The notes under the pieces were generated by a model. It saw only the letters and a program-made list of their open reading frames with translations. It did no database searches and was not told the origin of the DNA. From positions 14,034 to 78,033 of IMG/VR virus record IMGVR_UViG_3300046170_000449: 64,000 nt of DNA. One strand, written 5' to 3'. Origin of the DNA: a virus. Of this stretch, positions 1 through 8,490 are shown piece by piece. Made by a program: the position numbers and the translations under genes. Numbering within the stretch: position 1 is the first letter of the stretch; every line of letters starts with the position of its first letter.

Positions 1-1
1 A

Positions 2-340
2 AGTTGGGATAAATGGGTAAACAATAACAAAGAACACTATCAAAAAGTTAAAAAACAAGGGCAAAATTTATTGCATCACAACCACAAAAAATACGAACGC
101 AGAGGGATAACAAAAGAGCAATATGACATTGTCTTTGAGGCCCAAAAAGGTTTATGTGCAATTTGCCAAAAGCCTCCCAAGGATAAACAATCTTTAGCCA
201 TGGACCATAATCATCAAACCAATGAGTTTAGAGGTCTATTGTGCAAAGAGTGTAATAGAGCGCTAGGTTTATTTGGTGGTAACATAGATGTATTGACAAA
301 CGCAGTTACTTATCTTAAAGAGCGAGGAAGTTATGGCTGA
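2..340 (+). CDS. Endonuclease VII-type (His-Me finger) free-standing endonuclease, 5'-truncated by the window edge
   Basis: GITKEQY..Q.GLCAIC...LAMDHNH.T.EFRGLLCKECNRALG endo VII motif; frame is open from position 2, so the true start lies upstream of the window. Confidence 0.85.
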   Translation, partial: SWDKWVNNNKEHYQKVKKQGQNLLHHNHKKYERRGITKEQYDIVFEAQKGLCAICQKPPKDKQSLAMDHNHQTNEFRGLLCKECNRALGLFGGNIDVLTNAVTYLKERGSYG

Positions 341-647
341 AGACAAAAGCAAGTACACGAAACCAGACCTGCGTGAGCGCATCAAAAACAAAGTTATGCG
401 TGAAGGCCGTGGGGGTAAACCGGGAGAATGGTCGTAGCCGTAAGGCTAACTAATTATTTCGGCGCGTAAAGCACAGCTCGTAGCTTCCGAGTATAAGAAA
501 GCTGGTGGCGGGTACAAAGGTGGAGAAGGAAAGAAACAAAAATCTTTAAAGAAATGGGCTAAAGAAGATTGGCAAACTAAAGATCAATATGAAAAAGGTA
601 AGAAAGCTGCTACTGCAGCCAAAAAAGCTAAGGAGAAAAAATCATGA
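333..647 (+). CDS. DUF5872-like basic protein (N-terminal half), interrupted by a 27-nt in-frame coding gap (435-461); probably decoded by ribosomal bypassing
   Basis: MAEDKSKYTKPDLRERIKNKVMREGRGGKPGEWS|ARKAQLVASEYKKAGGGYKG... reads as the conserved GGKPGxWSARKAQL motif once TAG CCG TAA GGC TAA CTA ATT ATT TCG is skipped; absent from the ORF track. Confidence 0.8.
432..461 (+). other. Putative translational bypass (ribosome hop) element
   Basis: Take-off TCG (432-434), stop TAG, hairpin TAGCC-GTAA-GGCTA (435-448), ATTATT, landing TCG (459-461). Confidence 0.75.
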
Positions 648-859
648 AAATAGCAGGTAGATATAATAATTACACACCTGAAATTTTTCCGAATCAAAAA
701 TTAATGCAATCTCTTGCACAACACACTAATAATGCAGAGCTTCAAAAAGCTTTATTAGATTTTCAATATCCTTTTACAGTAGCTGAATTAAAAAATAGCG
801 GCTATGCTCCTCAAGTTGTTAATGAGATTTTAAACATTACTAAAACTGTATCATCATGA
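644..859 (+). CDS. Hypothetical protein (begins MKIAGRY)
   Basis: ORF coupled by ATGA overlaps on both sides. Confidence 0.6.
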   Translation: MKIAGRYNNYTPEIFPNQKLMQSLAQHTNNAELQKALLDFQYPFTVAELKNSGYAPQVVNEILNITKTVSS

Positions 860-978
860 AACAAGCCAAAAAAGATTTACAGAAGATCTCTAAGCAATTG
901 AAAGGTAGTGCAAAGATGCATGCTAGCCAAGCCAAAAAGATTGACAAACTTGCCGGTAAGTATATGGAGAAAAAATAA
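856..978 (+). CDS. Small basic hypothetical protein (40 aa, ends ...KLAGKYMEKK)
   Basis: Read manually; ATGA and TAATG coupling to neighbours. Confidence 0.55.
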   Translation: MKQAKKDLQKISKQLKGSAKMHASQAKKIDKLAGKYMEKK

Positions 979-1667
979 TGGGCTTAGCAGAAAAGTTTCT
1001 ACCAGCATTTAAACGTGAAGGTACTGCCTTTGTGCCTACCGAAGAAATGAATAATGTAATAAATTTAATGCAAAGTAAAACAAATAATCCTATTAAGATT
1101 CAACCTGCACCATCTGTTTTAACTGGTATAGATGGAAGGGGAATGTGGGGATCAGGAGGAGGAGTAAATATTGGCGGTGTTGGAGGCACAACTTATGTTG
1201 ATCCTGTTGGTGGCGACGTAACAGTTGCTGCACATGAAGCAGCTCATCAAGCTTTTCCAAGTAGTTTAGCGACTAATCCATATGCTGATCAGAAACGTCT
1301 GGAATTATTTACAACCATGACTCCAGAAATGGTTGACTCTGGAGCAGCAATGCGAGCTGGCTATGAAAATTTAGGCAAACGTTCTCTTATAGAAGAAGCT
1401 AATGCACAAGGTGTTGCTTATGAAGCAATGACACAAGCTGGTTACGAACCTAATAAACTTGGGTGGGCAACCATGCTTAGTTACCCTGCAGAATATAGGT
1501 TTGGTGGGCGTTACGATAATGCTGCACCAGCTTACAAACAGGTATTTAATAAACCTGGCTTAGCTACTTTGATGCCAGGAGAAGCGCGGGAACTAGATCA
1601 AATGCTAGGTTCTTTTGGTCCAGCAATAGAAAGACAATTTGGCTATGGCCGGAGCATGCTTAGATAA
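978..1667 (+). CDS. Hypothetical virion-associated protein with HExxH (zincin-like) motif
   Basis: AAHEAAHQ plus downstream IEEANA. Confidence 0.55.
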   Translation: MGLAEKFLPAFKREGTAFVPTEEMNNVINLMQSKTNNPIKIQPAPSVLTGIDGRGMWGSGGGVNIGGVGGTTYVDPVGGDVTVAAHEAAHQAFPSSLATNPYADQKRLELFTTMTPEMVDSGAAMRAGYENLGKRSLIEEANAQGVAYEAMTQAGYEPNKLGWATMLSYPAEYRFGGRYDNAAPAYKQVFNKPGLATLMPGEARELDQMLGSFGPAIERQFGYGRSMLR

Positions 1668-1876
1668 TGGCAGACAAAGCAATCCAATCTGACGGTACGA
1701 CCAAACGTTACCTTCCTAAAAAAGCCTGGGCATCTCTTTCTAAAAAAGAAAGGGAAGATACTGATCGTAAAAAACGAGAAGGTTCCCGTAAAGGCAAACA
1801 ATTTGTCAAGAATACTGAGAAAGCAAAAAAGGCTGGTAAAGCTGCTAGAATGTATAAATCAAAATCTGGGAAATAA
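1667..1876 (+). CDS. DUF5872-like basic protein (C-terminal half)
   Basis: DGTTKRYLPKKAWASLS..ER..TDRKKREGSRKGKQFV.NT motif. Confidence 0.7.
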   Translation: MADKAIQSDGTTKRYLPKKAWASLSKKEREDTDRKKREGSRKGKQFVKNTEKAKKAGKAARMYKSKSGK

Positions 1877-4230
1877 TGTCTGAAGTAACTGGCCGTATTA
1901 AAGAGATTATTGACTCCTACATCGAGCGCGATGGTGGACAGTATGTAGATACGGGTATTGTTGCCAGTCATATTGCACAGATGAAACTCTTTGGTATTCG
2001 CCAAGGTGTTGAGTTTTTTCCTGCACAAGATAACTTCGGTAATCAACGAAAGGACTTTATTAGTAAAGTAGTTAAATACAATAAGTTAGATACAAGACTT
2101 GACTCGATCTGGGATTATTTTCTCTGCGATGGAAAAGGGATTTTCTACATTAGACCTACTCAAAATAATTATCGTCTCTATTATTTCCGTAGTCATGAGT
2201 ATCGTTCTTATTACAACGTAGACGGTGAGCTAGAAGAAGTCGTAATCATCTATAGCTATAAGGTTAAGACTGGTAAGGGCAACATGTACCAGGATATAGG
2301 TATTGGTGGTATGGATTCTTTACAGGGTGCTACCCCTGGAGATACCCCTGGACAGAAACGTTATATCCGTTTATCTATTAAAGCTAATACAATTGAAGAG
2401 ACTCATTCAGTAGGCGAGATGTCTTTTGATAATGTCAATGCAGTATTACCAGGAAAGACAAAAAAGTTTCCTAATCAATTACGCTTTATTCCCTGCGTTG
2501 AGATCTTCAACAATTCCAAGGGATTCACCATGGATGGCAGTGGTGAATTTGATCAGCTGGCAAATCATATTGTTGCTCATGATGATCTTGTACGCAACAT
2601 GAAAAAGAACTTACAGTTCTTTGGTAATCCTACGTTGCTGTCGTCTAGACCTAAGACAGATTTAATGGAGCCAGGAAATTCAGACTCTGGTCCACAGCGT
2701 CCTTCTATTGCAGCGAACTCTGGTTTTACCAGTATGGCACCGTTATCACGGTCCACATTTAAACAAGATCCAATCACACGGGGACTTGATGGTCAGATGC
2801 GTGTACCACGGGTCATTGCAAATCTTGAGCCTAATGATCGAGTTGGTTACATTGTTCCTGATGCAATCTCTGGTGATCAGAATGCTTTTGTACGTCAGTT
2901 TAGAGAAGAAATTCTAACTTCTTTAGGTGGTGTTGATGAGCTATCAATTTCTGCTGGTGTGACTGCAACTGAGTATAAATCACTATTCGGACGTGTTGCT
3001 GCAACAAGCAAGAAAAAAGCTAATTCTATTTACACGCATGGTATCTGTCGTTGTTTAGAACTAATTATTTATCAAGAAGAACAGCTATTTAAAGACACCT
3101 TAGCTGCAGCTGCAAAATTCGAGAAACCTGTAGCTCCTTCTGAGAATGCTGGACCAGAAGAACAGCAAGCTTATGACCAAGCAATGGTTCAATATGAGGC
3201 CATGCTTAAAAAGCTTTTAATGGCTTGCGTGGAAGCAAAGATGATTCCTCCTGGTGTTAAAGGTTTAATCCCAGACGGCGACATCACCATGCAATGGCGT
3301 TGGCTCGGACCTGTTTATGAAGAATCAACGCAAGATATTTTGAACAATTCAATTGTTGTACGTAACCTACAAGAGTTAGGTGTTGATAGCATTGAAGCAC
3401 TGAAATATCTTTTCCCATCAAAAACAGATGAGGAAAGAGCGGAAATGCTTTCGGGCTTCCCGTTCAGGATGGTAAACGAACTACAAGGAGCCTATTCAGC
3501 TTTTTCTCGTTTGGTAGGGGGCATGATGCAGACCCCTCACCCTCAGGCCCCAGATCTGCCCATGGCGGCAGACCCAAGGTTAGACCTAACACCTTATCTG
3601 TATCGAACCCTAGAAGCGTTACAAAAGGAGATGAGTTATGCAGGACGCTACCGTCCAATCGATCCCACAGACGAGCCCCCAGTCAGTGGCACCAAGCAAT
3701 TACGTGGCGGCAGCCCCGCAAGCTCCGGTGGCACCAGTGGCCCAAGCTCCAGTGGGGACGTACTTCCCCCAGGCGGTGCCCCAGGCGGCACCACAGGGAA
3801 CTACCAGTTACCAATCAAACCCGTCAGTATCCGTCCCCCAATCCCAGGACTCGACGGCACCCCAGGGGAATCCATGGGAATCGGCGTTCAACAAGGTGGT
3901 GAACCTGTTGGGCAGTCCGGCGCAATCCCCGTTCCAGGGAGCACCATCACAGGTCCAGGATCAGGCTCCGATTCAGTATACCCAGGCAAACTGGGGTACT
4001 CAGGCAGCTCCAGCCCAGGCTCCAACTTGGGGACAATCGGCTCCGCAGACCTCGCAAACAAGCCAGACCTCATACAACAACTCTTCCCCAACTTACTCAG
4101 TCAGCTCCTTAGCGGACGTGGCGGAAGTCCTGGACTGGAGTCCAGAGAGTCGGATGGTGGTGGAGAACTACGGGACCGAAGCACCAGCGATTCTAAACCA
4201 GTACGCTCTAAATCTCGAAAACGTCGTTGA
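1876..4230 (+). CDS. Portal protein with long Gly/Pro/Ser-rich C-terminal extension
   Basis: Size, position ahead of scaffold and capsid, FIPCVEIFN..G.GEF motif; tail overlaps the next gene. Confidence 0.7.
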   Translation: MSEVTGRIKEIIDSYIERDGGQYVDTGIVASHIAQMKLFGIRQGVEFFPAQDNFGNQRKDFISKVVKYNKLDTRLDSIWDYFLCDGKGIFYIRPTQNNYRLYYFRSHEYRSYYNVDGELEEVVIIYSYKVKTGKGNMYQDIGIGGMDSLQGATPGDTPGQKRYIRLSIKANTIEETHSVGEMSFDNVNAVLPGKTKKFPNQLRFIPCVEIFNNSKGFTMDGSGEFDQLANHIVAHDDLVRNMKKNLQFFGNPTLLSSRPKTDLMEPGNSDSGPQRPSIAANSGFTSMAPLSRSTFKQDPITRGLDGQMRVPRVIANLEPNDRVGYIVPDAISGDQNAFVRQFREEILTSLGGVDELSISAGVTATEYKSLFGRVAATSKKKANSIYTHGICRCLELIIYQEEQLFKDTLAAAAKFEKPVAPSENAGPEEQQAYDQAMVQYEAMLKKLLMACVEAKMIPPGVKGLIPDGDITMQWRWLGPVYEESTQDILNNSIVVRNLQELGVDSIEALKYLFPSKTDEERAEMLSGFPFRMVNELQGAYSAFSRLVGGMMQTPHPQAPDLPMAADPRLDLTPYLYRTLEALQKEMSYAGRYRPIDPTDEPPVSGTKQLRGGSPASSGGTSGPSSSGDVLPPGGAPGGTTGNYQLPIKPVSIRPPIPGLDGTPGESMGIGVQQGGEPVGQSGAIPVPGSTITGPGSGSDSVYPGKLGYSGSSSPGSNLGTIGSADLANKPDLIQQLFPNLLSQLLSGRGGSPGLESRESDGGGELRDRSTSDSKPVRSKSRKRR

Positions 4231-4633
4231 CGGCGCTCTTACGTGGGGCAATCAAGCTCAACATGCTATGGCACGTTCAGCCGAGTTCATGGTTAATGAG
4301 CACCAAGAGAATCTCGCTTATAACGAGATGCTTACTAATCCTGATATCTTGAGTGACTATACACTTAAGTTCTTTGGTCCTGAAGGTCCATACCCCGTGT
4401 ATGAATCTGAAGCTGAGTTGGCTACCCCTGGTTATCCAACTGCTGCTGTTCCTATGCAGCAAAATAATGTTGCTGGTCTACCTGCTCCCCCACAAGCAAG
4501 TGCGCCACAAGCTCCCCAAGATTTCTGGGGTTCTTTCAAGCAACAAATGGACCAAGATCCTAGCCAGGCCTGGCGTGTCATCAACCAAGCCTCTCCTCAA
4601 GCGATTGCAAATAAGCTTTTCGTAATGGAGTGA
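3638..4633 (+). CDS. Capsid scaffolding/assembly protein
   Basis: Gln/Pro/Ala-rich and acidic; AAAGGAG upstream of the ATG; lies between portal and capsid genes. Confidence 0.6.
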   Translation: MQDATVQSIPQTSPQSVAPSNYVAAAPQAPVAPVAQAPVGTYFPQAVPQAAPQGTTSYQSNPSVSVPQSQDSTAPQGNPWESAFNKVVNLLGSPAQSPFQGAPSQVQDQAPIQYTQANWGTQAAPAQAPTWGQSAPQTSQTSQTSYNNSSPTYSVSSLADVAEVLDWSPESRMVVENYGTEAPAILNQYALNLENVVDGALTWGNQAQHAMARSAEFMVNEHQENLAYNEMLTNPDILSDYTLKFFGPEGPYPVYESEAELATPGYPTAAVPMQQNNVAGLPAPPQASAPQAPQDFWGSFKQQMDQDPSQAWRVINQASPQAIANKLFVME

Positions 4634-4637
4634 TCTA

Positions 4638-5366
4638 ATGATTGCAGGTAAATATGCAAAACTAATGCAATCTCCTGCGACTGCTATGGCAATCGGCGGC
4701 CTTGGTGCTGCCGGTATTTCTTTAGCAAGCAATCAAGGAGAAGACAAAAGCTATGGTCGCCAGGCTTTAGAATCTCTTGGTGCTGGTGCTCTTGGTGCTG
4801 GTGTTGGCCATGTGTTACCTGCAGTTTATGCACGTTCTGCACAACGTGCCACAGCTGCAGGTCGTAACTTTACTGATGAGTTGCGAGGTATTCAGTCTCC
4901 TATGGGAGGACTTGAGCGTGAAATCGCAAAAGCCCGTGCAATGAGTGCACGAGGTATGATGGATGCAGGCGCATCACAAGAAACTACTGCTAAAGCAGCT
5001 GCCATGGGTATCCGTGGTGCCCAAGTTGCAACAAATGCCACAGCTGCTCTTGGTGGCTTAGGTCTTGCCACTGGCTTAGGTGGACAGATTGGTGGTGGTG
5101 TAGCCAACCTTGGAAACATGGCTGGTCTCGCTATTGATCCTGAATCACCTGGTTCAAGTAACACACAGGGTTCGCGTATGAGTATGCAACCTCAAATGAG
5201 TGATCCAGGGCAGACTGGAATGCAATCTGACATTCGTGCAATGCGTGAAAGACAAGAGCAAAGAGATCAGCGTGTGGAACTGGGCAACTTAGCTGGTATA
5301 GGCGCAATAGGTCTTGCTGCTTTAGGAACTGCTGGTCATGCAGCAGCTAAACGTGGTAAAAGGTGA
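4638..5366 (+). CDS. Gly/Ala-rich virion protein (begins MIAGKY)
   Basis: ORF and composition. Confidence 0.55.
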   Translation: MIAGKYAKLMQSPATAMAIGGLGAAGISLASNQGEDKSYGRQALESLGAGALGAGVGHVLPAVYARSAQRATAAGRNFTDELRGIQSPMGGLEREIAKARAMSARGMMDAGASQETTAKAAAMGIRGAQVATNATAALGGLGLATGLGGQIGGGVANLGNMAGLAIDPESPGSSNTQGSRMSMQPQMSDPGQTGMQSDIRAMRERQEQRDQRVELGNLAGIGAIGLAALGTAGHAAAKRGKR

Positions 5367-5512
5367 TGCGTATGTTTTAAACATGAGTATTCACTTCTAG
5401 TAGTTATTTATGTAATCAACATTACAGACTGCTAAAATTTAATGTAGATAGGACTTTTTGTCCGATCTTTCATCCGACAAAACTATTCCTGCGAACTGGA
5501 GGATAAAAGACT

Positions 5513-6676
5513 GTGTTCTTAGACAACGATTTTCCTAAGATTTTAGGTGCGGAACTATACCGCCCTCATCCCGCTTACATTTGCGAGATGGCCGTTGAGC
5601 CTGTAGTCGTACATGACTTTACCTCACAGCCTGGTCAAACTGTACAGCTGGATCGCTACAAGTTCTGGGGAACGCCCGGCACTAAAGATAGCCGTGAGCG
5701 TATCTCAGATCAGACTATTGGTACTGCTAATAGCCGCAACATCACTAAAGAAAAAGTGCTTGTTGTACTTAAAGAGTACACCGGCCCTGCGGATCCAAGT
5801 GATCCTACACAGCCTTCTACCTTTAAGATTGCTCGTGAAACTCTGATCACTGCTCAGCGTTTGCTGCTTGATACCGGCAACCTGAACATGTTCCACCAGT
5901 CCATCGGTAGCTTGACGCTGCTTGATGACTATCGTCGTTGGCGTGACCGCGTCTTCATTGACGAACTTGCCAAAGCAGAAGCACAAGGCCAATCATCTTC
6001 GACCCAAGGTGGTTACTACTTCGCTGGTGATAAGGCCAAAGATTCACAAGGCCGTGTTTCTTACACAGCTGCAGAATACACTGCACAAGTACAACAGTTT
6101 TCTGTTCGTACCGACCTTCTTGAAGTCGTAAAAGATCTTCGTAAGCGCAACGTACCTACCTTCGCTGATGGTCTGTATCGTTGTATTTGCGATCCCGTTT
6201 TCATGATGCATCTGCGCCGTGACGAGGACTTCCGTGAGATTGCTCGTTATGCAGGTAATCCTGGACAAGGCATGTACATGGCTAACCCCATGATGCCTAA
6301 TAACTCCAGTTTCTACATGGGACCACAAGCTGGCCAAGGTTATTTCCTTGCTGGTGAGCCCGTTATGCCTACTGGCGTTCAGTTCGAGGGTGTTAAGTTC
6401 TTCGAGTCAACCAACTTCCCTAACAAGAGTGTTAACGCATCATTCGATGCAGGTGCTAATTATGCTTCTGAAGAAGTTGCACAAGGTTACTTCTTTGGTC
6501 CTCAGGCAGTTGGTGTTGGTATCGGCGGTCCAAACGCACAAGTGCTCATCAACAACAACGATGACTTCAGTCGCTTCATCATCTTGATTTGGCAGCTTTA
6601 CGCAGGTTTCGAGGTTCTGAACAAGGACTTCATCACCAATGCATTCAGCTTCCTGTCTGACGATGGCGCGGTTTAA
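5513..6676 (+). CDS. Major capsid protein (N4-gp56-like family)
   Basis: 387 aa, highly biased codons, GQTVQLDRY...GVQFEGVKFFESTN...DDFSRFIILIW pattern; GGAGG SD and GTG start. Confidence 0.85.
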   Translation: MFLDNDFPKILGAELYRPHPAYICEMAVEPVVVHDFTSQPGQTVQLDRYKFWGTPGTKDSRERISDQTIGTANSRNITKEKVLVVLKEYTGPADPSDPTQPSTFKIARETLITAQRLLLDTGNLNMFHQSIGSLTLLDDYRRWRDRVFIDELAKAEAQGQSSSTQGGYYFAGDKAKDSQGRVSYTAAEYTAQVQQFSVRTDLLEVVKDLRKRNVPTFADGLYRCICDPVFMMHLRRDEDFREIARYAGNPGQGMYMANPMMPNNSSFYMGPQAGQGYFLAGEPVMPTGVQFEGVKFFESTNFPNKSVNASFDAGANYASEEVAQGYFFGPQAVGVGIGGPNAQVLINNNDDFSRFIILIWQLYAGFEVLNKDFITNAFSFLSDDGAV

Positions 6677-6708
6677 GTTAGAACTATAAACCTCTATTGA
6701 GAATGTAA

Positions 6709-7482
6709 ATGGCATACTTATCTGCTAAGAAAATTTATCCAGCCGACATGGCTGAGCCGCTTAACGGTTGGTATCAGAACATTGATACCAATGAAAGTGG
6801 AACTAATGATGGTTCCAAGGGTGGCCCTACTTCTGTACTGGCTAATCCCGGCTGGCGTTTCTTCCAGCTCCGTGGTTATGTTCCTGTAACCAATGCTTCT
6901 GGTGACGGTTATGTCACTACTGCCGAAGTCATCATCCCTTCTCCTTATAAGAATGATGATACTCGTGTAAACATCACTGGCATGGTTGTCGGCGCTACTG
7001 CTGACCGTCCTGCTTATGTTTATCGTTCTTCTGTTTCAGTCGCCAGTGGCTGGGGCGATGGACGTGTAGCTGTTGATGGCATCACCACCTCCGGTGCTAC
7101 TCAGGTAATCGGTTTCGGTCCTGGTACCGCTTCTGCCCCTACCACCTTCTCAGGTGTTGTACAAGGTGCTAACGTCACCGCTGTATCGAACAACATCCCA
7201 GCAGGAACAGGCGGCTTGGGTACTAACCCTTTCCAGACTGCAACAACCTTGACAGCTCCAATGCTCTATAAAGAGTACACAGCTGATCAAACGTTCCGCG
7301 TCTATTCAAAGGCAGCCACTAACTCCACCGCTACTAACGGTGGTTGGGCTATCTCTGATGCTGATAAAGCAGCTGGTCGCTACGGCTACATCCTGGTTGA
7401 AGTTTGCTTCGTCCAGCCTGATGTACCTGTTGATTACGATGATCTTGAACAGTATCTTCCTTACAAAATTGCTTCTAATTAA
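6709..7482 (+). CDS. Capsid-associated (decoration/minor capsid) protein
   Basis: Follows the capsid gene, same highly expressed codon bias, beta-rich T/G/A composition. Confidence 0.55.
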   Translation: MAYLSAKKIYPADMAEPLNGWYQNIDTNESGTNDGSKGGPTSVLANPGWRFFQLRGYVPVTNASGDGYVTTAEVIIPSPYKNDDTRVNITGMVVGATADRPAYVYRSSVSVASGWGDGRVAVDGITTSGATQVIGFGPGTASAPTTFSGVVQGANVTAVSNNIPAGTGGLGTNPFQTATTLTAPMLYKEYTADQTFRVYSKAATNSTATNGGWAISDADKAAGRYGYILVEVCFVQPDVPVDYDDLEQYLPYKIASN

Positions 7483-7540
7483 TTTTGTAAAAGTTTAATA
7501 AATAAAGCTAAGATAGGACCAGTAAATAAACACTGGTCCT

Positions 7541-7951
7541 ATGCTTTATAAACATAACAAAACAGGGGCACGACTTAAAGTTGTAACTGAATGGGACGAA
7601 GGAGATTGGTTCATGGTCGAAGATCAGGACGGTAAAGTTTTCACTGTATACAAAACAGAACTTGTCCCAGATGAGCAAGCGACCAAACAAGTCAAAACTC
7701 TTCAAGTTAAAGATGCAGCAAAAGGTGATGAACCACGTAAGTTCCCTACTGAAACTCGTTTAAACATTAATGGCGCAACTGCTCAAATGATCGCTGATCA
7801 TATTAAAGGAGTTGGTATAAAAACAGCCAGAGATATTAAAGATTTACAGTCTTCTTTGTCGGGTGAAAGGTTTAACAATCTTGAACAGTTGAGACAGATT
7901 TCACGAGTTGATTGGGATTCAGTGTTTGCTGCAGACCTTGTCCGTGTTTAA
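7541..7951 (+). CDS. Helix-hairpin-helix (ComEA-like) DNA-binding protein
   Basis: RLNINGATAQ...IKGVGIKTA..I......F..LEQL. Confidence 0.7.
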   Translation: MLYKHNKTGARLKVVTEWDEGDWFMVEDQDGKVFTVYKTELVPDEQATKQVKTLQVKDAAKGDEPRKFPTETRLNINGATAQMIADHIKGVGIKTARDIKDLQSSLSGERFNNLEQLRQISRVDWDSVFAADLVRV

Positions 7952-7953
7952 TC

Positions 7954-7974
7954 AAAGCCCTTCGGGGCTTTTTT
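7954..7974 (+). terminator. Rho-independent terminator
   Basis: AAAGCCC-TTCG-GGGCTTT followed by a T run. Confidence 0.85.
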
Positions 7975-7996
7975 AATTTATAATTAAAAGATACGG

Positions 7997-8488
7997 TTGT
8001 GGAAAGTGTCACAGTTATCCAATTTCAACAAAAGTCGTATTAGATACCATTTGGGTTACTACATTGTTAGTGTCCCAGCAGGCGACTATGCGCGTTTAGA
8101 AGAAGCAATGAATTCTGTACCAGATTCAGTGTTTGCAGATAAACTTGTTTATCAGATTGGACGTTGTGATGCAGCTGAACGCAAGACGCAATTAGCTTCT
8201 TACGAAACAGATTTCCAACCACCAAGCACAAGAGTTGAAGGCATTGTTGGAGACGTTGATCGTACGATCCGTTCTAGTAATGTCAAAGAAGCTTTAAAAG
8301 TATGGGACGAAGTATATCTGTATGAGACCAATCGTCTTGCACAGATTCTTTACGTACCTAACTATAAAGATCCTTTCCAGGCGCGTTATCGATATGAACG
8401 TTCTGGAGCAGAGTTCATCATGGCTCTACCAGGCCCAGCTGATACAGCAGTTGGTGCAAACTTATACCTCCACGTTAATTACAGATAG
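7997..8488 (+). CDS. Putative head-tail adaptor protein
   Basis: Size, position, N-terminal SRIRYHLGY. Confidence 0.5.
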   Translation: MWKVSQLSNFNKSRIRYHLGYYIVSVPAGDYARLEEAMNSVPDSVFADKLVYQIGRCDAAERKTQLASYETDFQPPSTRVEGIVGDVDRTIRSSNVKEALKVWDEVYLYETNRLAQILYVPNYKDPFQARYRYERSGAEFIMALPGPADTAVGANLYLHVNYR

Positions 8489-8490
8489 TC

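Noticed and set aside
435-461. Self-splicing intron, stop-codon reassignment or simple pseudogene
   Set aside because: Too short for group I/II introns; TAA, TAG and TGA all act as normal stops elsewhere; matched codons plus the gene-60-like hairpin argue against random decay, though a pseudogene is not fully excluded
1708-6715. Antisense and alternative-frame short ORFs inside portal, scaffold and capsid genes
   Set aside because: Shadow ORFs of strongly biased coding sequence with no independent support
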